Shown piece by piece: positions 30,838 to 41,351 of a stretch of DNA of 64,000 nt. Both the position numbers and the translations under genes were made by a program. A model generated the notes under the pieces. The model was not told the DNA's origin and did not search any database. It worked only from the letters and a program-made list of their open reading frames with translations. How positions within the stretch are numbered: position 1 is the first letter of the stretch; each line of letters begins with the position of its first letter. Source of the stretch: Pseudomonadota bacterium (GTDB lineage: Bacteria > Pseudomonadota > Gammaproteobacteria > Steroidobacterales > Steroidobacteraceae); contig JAJXYR010000044.1 of NCBI GenBank assembly GCA_021780475.1, positions 2,722 to 66,721 of the forward strand, in the 5' to 3' direction.

Positions 30838-32994
30838 TCAGACGAGCTCGAGATTCGCGTAGGACAGCATCAACCACTTCGTCCCCTGCCTCTCAAAATT
30901 AACCTGGATGCGCGCATGAGGTCCATTGCCCTCGAAATTCAGGATCACGCCCTCGCCGAACTTGCCGTGCCGGACGCGGCTGCCCATGCGCATCCCCGAC
31001 GGCGCCGCCTCCTCCACCGCCGCCCGGCGGGGCGTGAACACCGGCCGGGAAACCTGGATCCGCGGCCGGATCTCCTCGATCAGATCCGACGGAATCTCGG
31101 CGAGGAAACGCGACGGCTGGCCGTAGGTGTCCACTCCGTACAGGCGCCGCTGTTCCGCATAGGTGACGAACAGCCGCCGCATCGCCCGCGTCATGCCAAC
31201 GTAGCAAAGTCGCCGTTCTTCCTCCAGTCCGGCCGGGTCGGCCGCGGAACGCTGATGCGGGAACAGGCCATCTTCCATTCCGGCGAGGAACACCATTCCG
31301 AATTCCAGTCCCTTCGCCGAATGCAGGGTCATCATCTGGACACAGTCGTCCCAGGCATCGGCCTGGCCCTCGCCCGACTCGAGCACCGCGTGCGCGAGGA
31401 ATTGATCCAGCGGCCCGAGATCCGTCTCCGCGTCCGCGACGAAGCCGCGGGCGGCGCTGACGAGCTCGAGCAGGTTGTCGATGCGGCCCTCGCCGCGTTC
31501 GCCTTTCTCCTTCTTGAAATGCTCGATGAGTCCGCTCATCTGGATGACGTGATCGACCCGATCGTGCAGCTCCAGGCCCTGCACTTCGCCGTCCAGCCGG
31601 TCGATCAGCGCGAGGAACGCACCGAGGGCCTGCGCGGCCCGCAGCGGCAGGACGCCGCCCACCGCGGTGAGCGACGCCGCCCACAGGGACACGCCGCGCT
31701 CGCGTGCCAGGTCGCGCAGCGTGTCGAGCGTCTTTGCGCCGATGCCGCGCACCGGCAGATTGACGACGCGTTCGAACGAGGTGTCGTCATCGCGGCTGGA
31801 TATCAGGCGCAGGTAGGCCAGCGCATCCTTGATTTCGGCGCGCTCGAAGAATCTCAATCCGCCGTAGACGCGGTACGGCATGCGGGCGTTCAGGAACGCT
31901 TCTTCGAAGACGCGCGACTGGGCGTTCGAGCGGTAGAGGACCGCGACGTCCTTGCGCACCCCGCCCTGGTCGACCCATTCGCGGATCCGGTTGACGACGA
32001 AGTCGGCCTCGTCGCGCTCGTTGAACGCCGCATACACGCGGATGCGCTCGCCGTCCGCGCCGCTCGTCCACAAGGTCTTGCCCATGCGCCCCGTGTTGTT
32101 GGCGATCAGCGCGTTCGACGCCTTCAATATCGTGCCGGTCGAGCGGTAATTCTGCTCGAGCTTGACGAGCGTCGCGGCGGGGAAATCGCGCCGGAACCGG
32201 TTCAGATTCTCGACGCGCGCACCGCGCCAGCGATAGATCGACTGATCGTCGTCGCCCACCGCGAACGGCCTGCCGTCCGGACCGGCCAGCATCGTGAACC
32301 ACTGGTACTGGATGGCATTCGTGTCCTGGAATTCATCGACCAAAATGTGCTGGAAGCGCTCGCGATAATGGCGCAGCAGTTCCGGGTGATCCCGCCACAG
32401 CTCGAACGCACGCAGCAGCAGCTCGGCGAAGTCGACGACCCCGGCGCGCCGGCACGCCTCTTCATAGGCATGATAGATCCGGATCAGCTGCCTGCGCGTC
32501 GGGTCACCGTCATCCTTGAGCGACTTCGGCCGGATTCCCTCGTCCTTCTGCGAATTGATGAACCACTGGATGTCGCGCGGGACCCAGCGGGTCTCGTCCA
32601 GGTCGAGCGCCTTCAGCACCTTGCGCAACAGCCGGGTCTGATCCTCGGAATCGAGGATCTGGAAGCTCTGAGGCAGCCCTGCCTCGCGCCAGTGCAGGCG
32701 CAACAAGCGGTGCGCCAGGCCGTGAAACGTGCCGATCCACATGGAAACGCCCGATGCGTCCAGCAGCGTCTCGATGCGGGTGCGCATTTCGCCGGCGGCC
32801 TTGTTCGTGAACGTGACCGCGAGAATGCTGTGCGGCGAGGCGCCTTCGACCTGGATCAGCCAGGCCACGCGGTGGACGAGCACGCGCGTCTTGCCGCTGC
32901 CGGCGCCGGCAAGTACGAGAGCCGCGCCGAGCGGGGCCGCAACGGCCTGCCGCTGCGCGTCATTGAGGGAGTCGAGAAGATGTGAAACGTCCAT
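30838..32994 (-). CDS. uvrD: DNA helicase II (UvrD)
   Basis: 718 aa SF1 helicase with LNDAQRQAV, Walker A AGAGSGKT, TFTNKAAGEM, DEFQDTN and VGMTRA. Confidence 0.93.
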   Translation of the reverse strand: MDVSHLLDSLNDAQRQAVAAPLGAALVLAGAGSGKTRVLVHRVAWLIQVEGASPHSILAVTFTNKAAGEMRTRIETLLDASGVSMWIGTFHGLAHRLLRLHWREAGLPQSFQILDSEDQTRLLRKVLKALDLDETRWVPRDIQWFINSQKDEGIRPKSLKDDGDPTRRQLIRIYHAYEEACRRAGVVDFAELLLRAFELWRDHPELLRHYRERFQHILVDEFQDTNAIQYQWFTMLAGPDGRPFAVGDDDQSIYRWRGARVENLNRFRRDFPAATLVKLEQNYRSTGTILKASNALIANNTGRMGKTLWTSGADGERIRVYAAFNERDEADFVVNRIREWVDQGGVRKDVAVLYRSNAQSRVFEEAFLNARMPYRVYGGLRFFERAEIKDALAYLRLISSRDDDTSFERVVNLPVRGIGAKTLDTLRDLARERGVSLWAASLTAVGGVLPLRAAQALGAFLALIDRLDGEVQGLELHDRVDHVIQMSGLIEHFKKEKGERGEGRIDNLLELVSAARGFVADAETDLGPLDQFLAHAVLESGEGQADAWDDCVQMMTLHSAKGLEFGMVFLAGMEDGLFPHQRSAADPAGLEEERRLCYVGMTRAMRRLFVTYAEQRRLYGVDTYGQPSRFLAEIPSDLIEEIRPRIQVSRPVFTPRRAAVEEAAPSGMRMGSRVRHGKFGEGVILNFEGNGPHARIQVNFERQGTKWLMLSYANLELV

Positions 32995-33039
32995 CAGGGC
33001 GCGGATTGTACTGTAAGGCGGCGCCCGCGGCCCCGTGAG

Positions 33040-34113
33040 TTATGCGGAATCGCCATGGCTCCATCCAGCCTCCTCCGCGTACGCGATCAGCGCGAGCGCC
33101 AGAGACAGGATGATCGGCCCTGCGATGATGCCGATCGCTCCGAATGCCGAAATCCCCCCGAGCACGCCGATGAACACGACGAGCGTGGACACCGGCGCCC
33201 GTCCCGAGATCAGCAGGGGCTTGAGAATGTTGTCCAGTCCCGAAAGCATCAATCCCCAGGCGGCCATGAATATGCCGTATCCCCATCGGCCGTCCACAAA
33301 CAGCCATAGCACCGCCGGCAGCCAGATCAGCGCCGTGCCGCCGAGCGGCAACATCGCGAGCAGCGCGCCGACGACGCCGAAGACGACCGGAGAAGCGAGT
33401 CCGGCGATGCTGAAGCCGATTCCGAGCACCAATCCCTGCAGCAGCGCGATCAGCGTCGTGCCGTAGACGATCGCCCGGGTGATTCCCGCGAGGTGCGCGA
33501 ACAGGCGCTCCTTATGGTCTTCGTCGAGCGGAATCCACGCGCGCATGCGCCCCAGCATCGCATCGCCGTCGCGCAGGAAGAAGAACAGGAGCATCAGCAT
33601 CAGCGCGATGCCGGCGATCGACGTCAAGGCGCCGAGGAAGAACGTGCCGCCGAAACCCGCGGCCCGCTGCAAGGCCTCGCGCGCGGCGGAAACCAGCCAC
33701 TGTTGAATTTCCGCAGCCGAGAACAGGTCGTGCGCCTGCACCCACGAATAGGCGCCGGCCACCCAGGGGTGGATTCCCGGGTCGATCCAGGAGCGGATCT
33801 CGAAATTCGGGCTGGCCTCCTGCAATTTTCGCAGCAAACCGGTGATTTGCGCGACGAATTCGATCGATAATGCCGCGAGCGGCAACAGCACGACCACCGG
33901 CGCGAGGACGGTCAGGACCCCGGCGGCGAAGCCGGCCCGGCCGCGGAACCGGCGACGCAGGCGCGCGTTCAACGGAAACAGCAGGAACGCGAGAAATGCC
34001 GCCCAGGCGATCGGCGCGGCGAACGGCGCGAAAATACGCCACAGCGCAAAGCCGAGCGCGGTGGCGACGCCGAGACCGAACAGACGCGGGTAGAATCCCG
34101 TGGCGGATGGCAT
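33040..34113 (-). CDS. AI-2E family transporter (PerM/YhhT-like)
   Basis: 357 aa with about 8 TM helices and the family-typical C-terminal GGISAFGAIGIIAGPIIL. Confidence 0.8.
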   Translation of the reverse strand: MPSATGFYPRLFGLGVATALGFALWRIFAPFAAPIAWAAFLAFLLFPLNARLRRRFRGRAGFAAGVLTVLAPVVVLLPLAALSIEFVAQITGLLRKLQEASPNFEIRSWIDPGIHPWVAGAYSWVQAHDLFSAAEIQQWLVSAAREALQRAAGFGGTFFLGALTSIAGIALMLMLLFFFLRDGDAMLGRMRAWIPLDEDHKERLFAHLAGITRAIVYGTTLIALLQGLVLGIGFSIAGLASPVVFGVVGALLAMLPLGGTALIWLPAVLWLFVDGRWGYGIFMAAWGLMLSGLDNILKPLLISGRAPVSTLVVFIGVLGGISAFGAIGIIAGPIILSLALALIAYAEEAGWSHGDSA

Positions 34114-34173
34114 CGTGGAATCCTATCACTACTGCGCGCGCGACCGCGCGCGGCGGCACGGACGAGGACGGCA

Positions 34174-36321
34174 ATGACCAGGATCAGCTTGAACGGGGAC
34201 GCGACCACGGGCGAATTCACGCGCCGGGACTTTCTCGGCGGCGCCGCCGCCGCCGGATTGATCCTGGCGATCTCTCTGCCGCCGCGGGCGCGCGCTGCGG
34301 CGGCGGAGACAAGCGAGTTGAACGCCTGGCTCAGAATCGCTCCGGACGACACCATCACCTTCATCGTGGATCGCTCGGAAATGGGCCAGGGTGTCTACAC
34401 CGCGCTGCCGATGCTGATCGCGGAGGAATTGGAGGTCCGCCTCGACGCGGTGCGCATCGTCGCCGCGCCGGTCGGCGACGCGTATTTCAATCCGGGCAAT
34501 GGCGGACAGGTCACCGGCACGAGCAACAGCGTGCAGGACGCCTGGGTCAAGCTGCGCACCGCGGGGGCGCAGGCGCGCATGATGCTGGTGGCCGCCGCCG
34601 CCGCGCGCTGGGGGGTCGATGCCGGTGCCTGTGTTGCGCGGGATGGCGTGATCACCAGCCCCGCGGGCGCGACCTTGCGCTATGGCGACGTCGCTGCGCA
34701 GGCTGCGCGCCTGCCGGTGCCGCAGCGGGTCGTCTTGAAGACGCCGCGGCAGTTCGCGCTCGTCGGCCGCTCCGTCGCGCGCACCGATACGCCGGCCAAG
34801 GTCGACGGCCGCGCCCGGTACGGCATCGACGTGCGGCTGCCGGGGATGCTGTACGCGGCCTATGCGCAGAGTCCCGTACTCGGCGGCTGGCCCGAGACGG
34901 TCGAATCCGGCGCCGCCGCAAAAATGCCCGGCGTGCACGCGGTGCTCACCACGGACCGCGGCGTGGTGGTGGTTGCCGACCATTTCTGGCAGGCACTGAA
35001 GGCGCGCGACGCACTCGCGGTCATCTGGAATCCCGGCGCGAACGCGAACCTGGACAATCAAGCGATCGGCGCGATGCTGCGGCGGGCCGCGGCGGCCGGC
35101 CCGGGGCTCTCCGCGCGCGCCGATGGCGACGCGGATCGTGCGCTGCACGCCGCGGCGCGGACCGTCAATGCGGTCTACACGCTGCCGCTGCTCGCACACG
35201 CGACGATGGAGCCGATGAACTGCACCGCGGACGTGCGCGCCGACGGCTGCGACCTTTACGTGGGGACGCAGGCGCAACAAGTCGCCCAGGCGACCGCGGC
35301 GGCAGCGGCCGGCATGCCCGCGGATCAGGTGCGGGTGCACACGATGCTGCTCGGCGGCGGCTTCGGCCGCCGGCTGGACGTCGATTTCATTCCCGCCGCC
35401 GTGATCGCATCCAGGGCCGTCGGCCGCCCGGTCCAGGTCATCTGGACTCGCGAAGACGACATGATGCACGACACGTTCCGGCCACCCGCATTGGAGGAGA
35501 TCAGCGGCGGTTTCGACGCCGACGGCCGGCTCATCGCGTGGAAGCTGCACATCGTCAGTCCCTCGATCACGGCGCGCATGTTCCCGCCGGTGGTCGGCGT
35601 GGACGCGTCGGTCATCGAGGCGGCGGTGAATCTTCCCTATGAGATTCCGAACGTCGCCGTGAGCTATTCACGCCAGGAAGTCGGCATCGACGTCGGCTAC
35701 ATGCGCTCGGTCAGCCACGCGATCAACTGTTTCGTCATCGAGAGCTTCATCGACGAGCTGGCGGCGGCGGCGGGACGCGGTCCCTACGAGTTTCGGGTGG
35801 GGATGCTCGGCAACAAGCCGCGCCACCTTCGAGTGCTCAAGGAGGCGGCGCGCCTCGCCGGCTGGGGCAGCCCCGCCCCGAACCGTCACCAAGGCATCGC
35901 CCTGATGGAGGGCTATGCGACGCATCTGGCGCAGATTGCCGAGATTTCCTTCGAGGATGGGGCATTGCGGGTCCACCGGATCGTCTGCGTCGTCGACTGC
36001 GGACAGATGGTCAATCCCAAGATCGTCGAATCTCAAATCGAGGGCGGCATCGTCTTCGGACTCAGCGCCGCGTTGTGGGGGGACATCACCATCGACCGGG
36101 GCGTCGTGCGGCAGAAGAACTTCGACGGGTACCGCGTGCTGCGGGCCAATGAGATGCCGCAGATTGAGGTGCATCTGCTCGCGAGCGACGCCGCGCCCGG
36201 CGGCATCGGCGAGGTGGCCGTGCCCTTGGTCGCGCCGGCGATCTGTAATGCCGTGTTCGCGGCGACCGGCTCGAGACTGCGCACGCTGCCCATCGGCGCG
36301 TTCAAGCCGGCGTCGGCCTAG
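34174..36321 (+). CDS. xanthine dehydrogenase family molybdopterin-binding subunit (IorB/aldehyde oxidoreductase large-subunit type) with Tat signal
   Basis: 715 aa with twin-arginine signal [17 protein letters not shown] and IorB-like blocks ([38 protein letters not shown]). Confidence 0.85.
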   Translation: MTRISLNGDATTGEFTRRDFLGGAAAAGLILAISLPPRARAAAAETSELNAWLRIAPDDTITFIVDRSEMGQGVYTALPMLIAEELEVRLDAVRIVAAPVGDAYFNPGNGGQVTGTSNSVQDAWVKLRTAGAQARMMLVAAAAARWGVDAGACVARDGVITSPAGATLRYGDVAAQAARLPVPQRVVLKTPRQFALVGRSVARTDTPAKVDGRARYGIDVRLPGMLYAAYAQSPVLGGWPETVESGAAAKMPGVHAVLTTDRGVVVVADHFWQALKARDALAVIWNPGANANLDNQAIGAMLRRAAAAGPGLSARADGDADRALHAAARTVNAVYTLPLLAHATMEPMNCTADVRADGCDLYVGTQAQQVAQATAAAAAGMPADQVRVHTMLLGGGFGRRLDVDFIPAAVIASRAVGRPVQVIWTREDDMMHDTFRPPALEEISGGFDADGRLIAWKLHIVSPSITARMFPPVVGVDASVIEAAVNLPYEIPNVAVSYSRQEVGIDVGYMRSVSHAINCFVIESFIDELAAAAGRGPYEFRVGMLGNKPRHLRVLKEAARLAGWGSPAPNRHQGIALMEGYATHLAQIAEISFEDGALRVHRIVCVVDCGQMVNPKIVESQIEGGIVFGLSAALWGDITIDRGVVRQKNFDGYRVLRANEMPQIEVHLLASDAAPGGIGEVAVPLVAPAICNAVFAATGSRLRTLPIGAFKPASA

Positions 36322-37229
36322 ACCCGGATCATGAACCAGTGATCGACGATCAGCGCCGCGAACAGCAGCATCAGGTACGTGATTGAATACCGGAAGGTGC
36401 GCATGGCCATCTCGGGACGGCGGCCGCGGTGGAGTTCGACCGCATAATAGAGGAAGCGGGCGTTCAACGGCAGCACCGCGAGCAGGTACAAAAGGCCGCT
36501 CTGCCGGGTGAGAAACGGCAGCAACGTGCAGATCACCAACAGGATCGTGTACAGCACGATCTGCAGCCGCGTGAACTCGATGCCGTGGGTGACCGGCAGC
36601 ATCGGGATGCCGACCTTCGCGTAATCGTCGCGCCGCGCGATGGCGAGCGCCCAGAAATGCGGCGGCGTCCACGTGAAGATGATCAGGAACAGCAGCAGCG
36701 CATGCGGATCGATCTGATTCGTCACGGCGGCCCAGCCGAGGATCGGAGGCGCCGCGCCGGCCGCGCCGCCGATCACGATGTTCTGCGGCGTGGCGCGCTT
36801 CAACCAGCGTGTGTAGACGAGGGCATAGCCGATCAACGAGGCGAAGGTCAGGACCGCGGTCAGGCCGTTCACCCCGAACCACAGCGTCAGCATCGACACC
36901 ACCGCGAGCGCGCCGGCGAACGCCAAGGCTTGATGGTCGGTGAGCGAGCCGGTGGGCAGCGGGCGGTTGCGCGTCCGCGCCATCTGCAGGTCGATGCGCT
37001 GATCGAGAATGTGATTGAACGCGGCCGCCGAACCGGACGCGAGCGCGATGCCCACGGTGCCGTACAGGAGCGCCGGCAGCGGCACCATCCCCGGCGAGGC
37101 CAACACCATGCCCACGATCGCCGTGAACACGATCAACAGGCTGACCTTCGGCTTGGTCAGTTCGAGGAAATCGCGCCAGCGGCCGGTGACGACCGCGGCG
37201 ACGGCCGGATTATCGGGGGCGATCGACAT
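36318..37229 (-). CDS. cyoE: protoheme IX farnesyltransferase (heme O synthase)
   Basis: 303 aa UbiA-superfamily protein with [30 protein letters not shown] and TPPHFWALA. Confidence 0.92.
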   Translation of the reverse strand: MSIAPDNPAVAAVVTGRWRDFLELTKPKVSLLIVFTAIVGMVLASPGMVPLPALLYGTVGIALASGSAAAFNHILDQRIDLQMARTRNRPLPTGSLTDHQALAFAGALAVVSMLTLWFGVNGLTAVLTFASLIGYALVYTRWLKRATPQNIVIGGAAGAAPPILGWAAVTNQIDPHALLLFLIIFTWTPPHFWALAIARRDDYAKVGIPMLPVTHGIEFTRLQIVLYTILLVICTLLPFLTRQSGLLYLLAVLPLNARFLYYAVELHRGRRPEMAMRTFRYSITYLMLLFAALIVDHWFMIRV

Positions 37230-38217
37230 GACCCAAGGGTACCATGGCGATTGCGGGTGACGGCCACAGGGATCTCAGCAACGCAACCAAGGCGAGCAGC
37301 AACAGGGCGGCCCCGCCGTTATGCATGGTCGCGAGCGCGAGCGGAAAGCCCCAATGAACCATCGCCAGGCCGATGCAGATCTGCAGAAGCACCGCCAGAA
37401 TCAGCAGCATGCCCGCGCGGCGCAGGCGCCTCGTCGTGGCGCGACCCATGGTCGCGAGGCCGAGCGTGATCAGCGCCGTACCGGTCACGACCGCACCGAT
37501 CCGGTGGGTCAGATGGATGGCGATGCGGGCCGGATTCGCCAGAATCCCTCCATCGTAGTCGACATTGAGTCCGCGCCACAGCACGAACGCGTCCCGAAAA
37601 TCCATGTGCCGCGGCCACCAGGCGTCCTGGCAGGTCGGCAGATCCGGACAGGCGACGGCCGCATAATTAGTACTGGTCCAGCCGCCCAGCGCGATCTGCA
37701 TGATCAAGATGACGAGGCAGGCGATCGCGAATTTCCGCAATCCGCGCTCGCGCTCGGACAGGTCGCGGCGCTCCGGCTCCATCGACAGCCACCACAGGAT
37801 CGACAGCGTCGTCATGCCGCCCAGCAGGTGGCTCGTGACGATCAGGGGCGTCAACAGCAGCGTCACCGTCAGTGCGCCGAGCGCGCCCTGGATGCAGACG
37901 ATCACGAACAGCGCGATCGCCGGCGCGAGCGGCTGGCCGCGGATTTTGCGGTTCGCGACCGCCCACGACAGCAGGCTGACGATCACGACGCCGAGCGTCG
38001 TCGCGAAGTAGCGATGGATCATCTCGTGCAGCGCCTTGCCGAATCCCTGTCCGGCCCGGGGAAAGACGTGCCCGTAACATCCGGGCCAGTCGGGGCAGCC
38101 GAGCCCCGCATCCGTCAGGCGAACCCAGGCGCCGAGCACGATGACCACCGCGGCGAGTGCCGCGCCGGCGAGAGCCAGGCGTCTGAACCACAGTACACGT
38201 TGTTGCGGCTGCATCAT
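37210..38217 (-). CDS. ctaA: heme A synthase (COX15/CtaA)
   Basis: 335 aa, 8 TM, with conserved His-containing helices (HEMIHRY, HLTHR) and the CPDWPGCYG motif. Adjacent to cyoE in the cox cluster. Confidence 0.88.
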   Translation of the reverse strand: MMQPQQRVLWFRRLALAGAALAAVVIVLGAWVRLTDAGLGCPDWPGCYGHVFPRAGQGFGKALHEMIHRYFATTLGVVIVSLLSWAVANRKIRGQPLAPAIALFVIVCIQGALGALTVTLLLTPLIVTSHLLGGMTTLSILWWLSMEPERRDLSERERGLRKFAIACLVILIMQIALGGWTSTNYAAVACPDLPTCQDAWWPRHMDFRDAFVLWRGLNVDYDGGILANPARIAIHLTHRIGAVVTGTALITLGLATMGRATTRRLRRAGMLLILAVLLQICIGLAMVHWGFPLALATMHNGGAALLLLALVALLRSLWPSPAIAMVPLGHVDRPR

Positions 38218-38220
38218 GGG

Positions 38221-38832
38221 TTAGCCGATGTAGGAGAGTTGGAGCAGGCGTTGCAGATCTTCGAGCATGCCTTTCGGCTTCGCGCCGGGCGCGTAGAACA
38301 TCATCAGATTGCCATTTGGATCGACCAAATAGACGCGGCCGGCGCCGGCCGCGTCTACCCCTGCCGCGTGCGGCAGGCTCGCGAGCAGCGGCGCCGCGGC
38401 GGCCGTGGCTCGCACCGTGATCAAGTCGGGATGTTGGTCATGCAGGAACGCCGCATCGCAGCATTCTCCGGTTGCGAGGAATACGCGTTGAACGCGGTGC
38501 ATGTCGCGGTTCAGCGCGGTACGCACCTGGCGCGTTTCGTAAAGCGCGGCGCGGCAGCGATCGCCACAAACCCCGCTGCCGACGTACAGCATGGTCCACT
38601 TGCCGCGCAGGAAGCCCGGCTGGGTGCTGCCGGCGCCAAACAGCGGCAGCGTGAGCTCGGGCAACGGACGTGGCGGCTGGATCAAGGCGCCATGATTGAC
38701 CATACCGCCCGGTCGCAAGGCCGGATGACCATAGAAGAGATAGATCGCGAAGCCCAGAGGGACGAAAAACAGGCTGGCAACGATCACCAGCAGTCGCCGC
38801 CCCGACCGATTGTCGATGGGTGTAGGTTCCAC
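38221..38832 (-). CDS. membrane-anchored thioredoxin-fold / SCO-like cytochrome oxidase biogenesis protein (family uncertain)
   Basis: 203 aa with an N-terminal TM helix and CxxxC (CGDRC). Sits between SURF1 and ctaA, where pseudomonad cox clusters carry a conserved hypothetical gene. Confidence 0.5.
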   Translation of the reverse strand: MEPTPIDNRSGRRLLVIVASLFFVPLGFAIYLFYGHPALRPGGMVNHGALIQPPRPLPELTLPLFGAGSTQPGFLRGKWTMLYVGSGVCGDRCRAALYETRQVRTALNRDMHRVQRVFLATGECCDAAFLHDQHPDLITVRATAAAAPLLASLPHAAGVDAAGAGRVYLVDPNGNLMMFYAPGAKPKGMLEDLQRLLQLSYIG

Positions 38833-38833
38833 G

Positions 38834-39616
38834 TCAGTCCTTGGCGGCCGCGTCGCGGCGTCGCAGGTTCGTCACGATATAGATCACGAACAGCGTGGCC
38901 GCGAGGCCGAACCACTGGATCGCATAGGCGAAATAGCGCATCGGCGGAAAGCCGGGCACGGTCCACGCCCGCAGGTAGCCGTCGGATTGATTCGCGTCCA
39001 GCAGGATCACGGGCGCCGCCCGGGCCCAATGCTTCTCGTGCAACAGCAGCGCGATGTCCGACAGGCGCGGATAGTCGGCGATCACCGGAAAAGGGGGAGC
39101 GAGCGGCGCCGCTCCGGCCAGGCGGATCCCCGGCCGCGGCAGCAAGTCGGCGCGGCCGCTGATCGTGCGCAAGTCGTTCAGCACCGGAATGTGCGGCAAG
39201 AGGCTGCGCGACGGTCCCGCCGGAACCCAGCCCCGATCCACGAGAATCCAGCCGCCGCCATTGAGTGCGAACGGCGTCAGCACGTCATACCCGATCCGGT
39301 TGTCGGGGCTTTCCATGTTGTCGATCAGGATCTGGCGCGCCGCGTCATAGCGTCCGGTCAGTTTGACGTGCTGAAATCGCGGTACCGGAGCCGTCGCGAC
39401 GTCGATCGGCAGCGTCGCGTCCGCGCCGGCGGCGAACTCGTCGTAGAGCTTTTGCTTCTCGGCGGACCTGCGCAGCTGCCAGCGGCCGAGCGAAACGAGC
39501 AGTCCCATCAGCAAGATGGTGACCAGCGTGGTGAACACACGCGGCGCGAATTCCCGGTTTCCGAATCGGATCGTCAAGATATACTTCCCCGCCTGACCTG
39601 CGGCAAAGAGGCGCAT
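38834..39616 (-). CDS. SURF1 family cytochrome oxidase assembly protein
   Basis: 260 aa with LGRWQLRR, GYDVLTPF and YAIQWFGLA motifs and two terminal TM helices. Confidence 0.85.
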   Translation of the reverse strand: MRLFAAGQAGKYILTIRFGNREFAPRVFTTLVTILLMGLLVSLGRWQLRRSAEKQKLYDEFAAGADATLPIDVATAPVPRFQHVKLTGRYDAARQILIDNMESPDNRIGYDVLTPFALNGGGWILVDRGWVPAGPSRSLLPHIPVLNDLRTISGRADLLPRPGIRLAGAAPLAPPFPVIADYPRLSDIALLLHEKHWARAAPVILLDANQSDGYLRAWTVPGFPPMRYFAYAIQWFGLAATLFVIYIVTNLRRRDAAAKD

Positions 39617-39618
39617 CC

Positions 39619-39825
39619 ATGCTTTTCAGAGTCCTCGTGATCGTGGTGCTGATGCTGATCCTGGTCAGCCTGGGCAAGGCCCTCTTTCACCTCTCGAGCA
39701 GCAAACAGGAGGACGGCGGCAAGATGGTCAAGGCTCTCGCCTGGCGCGTGGGCCTGTCCGTGTCCCTGTTCCTGTTGCTGATCCTCGCGTATTCACAAGG
39801 CTGGATCGTACCGCCCCACGGTTGA
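39619..39825 (+). CDS. twin-transmembrane-helix small protein (DUF2909-like)
   Basis: 68 aa with two hydrophobic helices separated by a charged loop. Encoded antiparallel between coxC and SURF1, as I recall for pseudomonad cox clusters. Confidence 0.65.
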   Translation: MLFRVLVIVVLMLILVSLGKALFHLSSSKQEDGGKMVKALAWRVGLSVSLFLLLILAYSQGWIVPPHG

Positions 39826-39847
39826 CGCAGGGCGGTACGGCGTCGTT

Positions 39848-40735
39848 TCAAAGCCAATAGACGAAGATAAACAAGCCCAGCCAGACCACGTCGACGAAGT
39901 GCCAGTACCAGGCCACCGCCTCGAACGCGAAATGGCGTTCCGGCGTGAAATGTCCCTTCATCACGCGAACCCAGATCACGACCAGCATGATGGCGCCGAC
40001 CGTCACGTGCAGCCCATGAAAGCCAGTCAGCATGAAAAACGTGGATCCGTAGATGCCGGTGCCGAGCTGCAAGCCGAGCCGGGTGTAGGCCTCGTGGTAC
40101 TCAGTCGCCTGCAGCACGACGAACGTGAAACCCAGCAAAAAGGTCGCGGCGAGGAAGATCGCGAGCCGCCTGCGGTAGCCGCGCAGCAGCGCATGATGCG
40201 CGATCGTGATGGTGATGCCCGAGGTCAGCAGGATCGCCGTGTTCAACGCCGGAAGCCCGAGCGCCGGCACGGTTTCATAAGTGCCGTCGGCACGCGGCCC
40301 CAGGGCGGCGGGGCCGTTCGTCGGCCAGGTGCCGTGGTAGTTTCCCCACAGCAGCACGTTGGTGAGCATCTTGGTTCCCTCGCCGCTCAACCAGGGCATG
40401 ACCAGCGAGCGTGCGTAGAACAGGGCGCCGAAGAAGGCCGCGAAGAACATCACTTCGGAGAAGATGAACCACATCATTCCCATGCGGAAGGATCGGTCGA
40501 CGGCCATGTTGTACCGGCCGGCCTCGCTCTCCTCGATGACCGTGCCGAACCAGAAGATGAACAGACCGGCCAGCATCACGAATCCCGGCAACAGGGACCA
40601 GACCGGCAGCCAGCCGTTGAGTGTCGAGATCGCGCCCGCCATCACGGTGAACAGGGTCACGGAGCCGTAGATCGGCCAGGGACTCGAGTGCGGGACGTAG
40701 TAGTGATCAGCGTTCGGAGCGTGCGTGTGCGCCAT
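39848..40735 (-). CDS. coxC: cytochrome c oxidase subunit III
   Basis: 295 aa, 7 TM, with HPYHLV-like HYYVPHSSPWP, FFMLTGFHGLHV and WYWHFVDVVW. Confidence 0.93.
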   Translation of the reverse strand: MAHTHAPNADHYYVPHSSPWPIYGSVTLFTVMAGAISTLNGWLPVWSLLPGFVMLAGLFIFWFGTVIEESEAGRYNMAVDRSFRMGMMWFIFSEVMFFAAFFGALFYARSLVMPWLSGEGTKMLTNVLLWGNYHGTWPTNGPAALGPRADGTYETVPALGLPALNTAILLTSGITITIAHHALLRGYRRRLAIFLAATFLLGFTFVVLQATEYHEAYTRLGLQLGTGIYGSTFFMLTGFHGLHVTVGAIMLVVIWVRVMKGHFTPERHFAFEAVAWYWHFVDVVWLGLFIFVYWL

Positions 40736-40790
40736 TTGTTTTCAGTCTCTCGGCCGGTTGACGAAGCGTTAGTTTAAACGAGGTCGAACA

Positions 40791-41351
40791 TCAGTGCGCC
40801 ACCGCTTGCGGCGCGTCATACAGGGTGAACGATAGCGACAGGCGGTCGATGTCGACCGGCAGGGTCGGATCGACGACGAAGCGAACCGGCAGCGCGCGCG
40901 TCTCGCCGACCGCGAAATTCTGCGGATCGAAGCAAAAACAGCGCATTTTGTGAAAGTACTTCCACGCATCCTGCGGCGCGAGGCTCGGAACAGCCCGTGC
41001 CGTCAGGGCGCCGGCCGTCCGGTTCTTCGCGACGAAATCGACGTCGTACTGCGCGCCGGGGTGTACCCGCATCTCGGCCACCTGGGGCCGGAAATCGAAA
41101 TTTCCGACCGAAGCGGGATAGGCGATGAACTCGACGGTGACGGTCCGGCTCGCGTCGATCCGGTCGTGTACGGCCTCGGGCCCTTCCTTGGACTCGGCGT
41201 TACCAACCCCCAGATCCCTCGAAAACACCGTGTAAAGAGGAATCAGCCCCCAGGACAACGCGAAGCTCCCGCCGGCGATGATCAGCAGCGCCGTGACCAG
41301 TTTGCGGTGCGGCCGGCGCTCCGGCGGCGCAGCGCGCGGCGGGCCATCCAT
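40791..41351 (-). CDS. ctaG: cytochrome c oxidase assembly protein CtaG/Cox11
   Basis: 186 aa with an N-terminal TM helix and the copper motif CFCF (KMRCFCFDPQ). Confidence 0.9.
   Translation of the reverse strand: MDGPPRAAPPERRPHRKLVTALLIIAGGSFALSWGLIPLYTVFSRDLGVGNAESKEGPEAVHDRIDASRTVTVEFIAYPASVGNFDFRPQVAEMRVHPGAQYDVDFVAKNRTAGALTARAVPSLAPQDAWKYFHKMRCFCFDPQNFAVGETRALPVRFVVDPTLPVDIDRLSLSFTLYDAPQAVAH

Noticed and set aside
29497-32985. 1162-aa plus-strand ORF antisense to trkA and uvrD
   Set aside because: Same high-GC antisense artefact. The minus-strand genes carry unambiguous TrkA and UvrD motifs, and the plus-strand translation has none.
32995-33039. Possible LexA (SOS) box in front of uvrD (TACTGT present)
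   Set aside because: Only one half-site (CTGT) is present, with no ACAG partner at N8 spacing. It does not fit the gammaproteobacterial SOS box.
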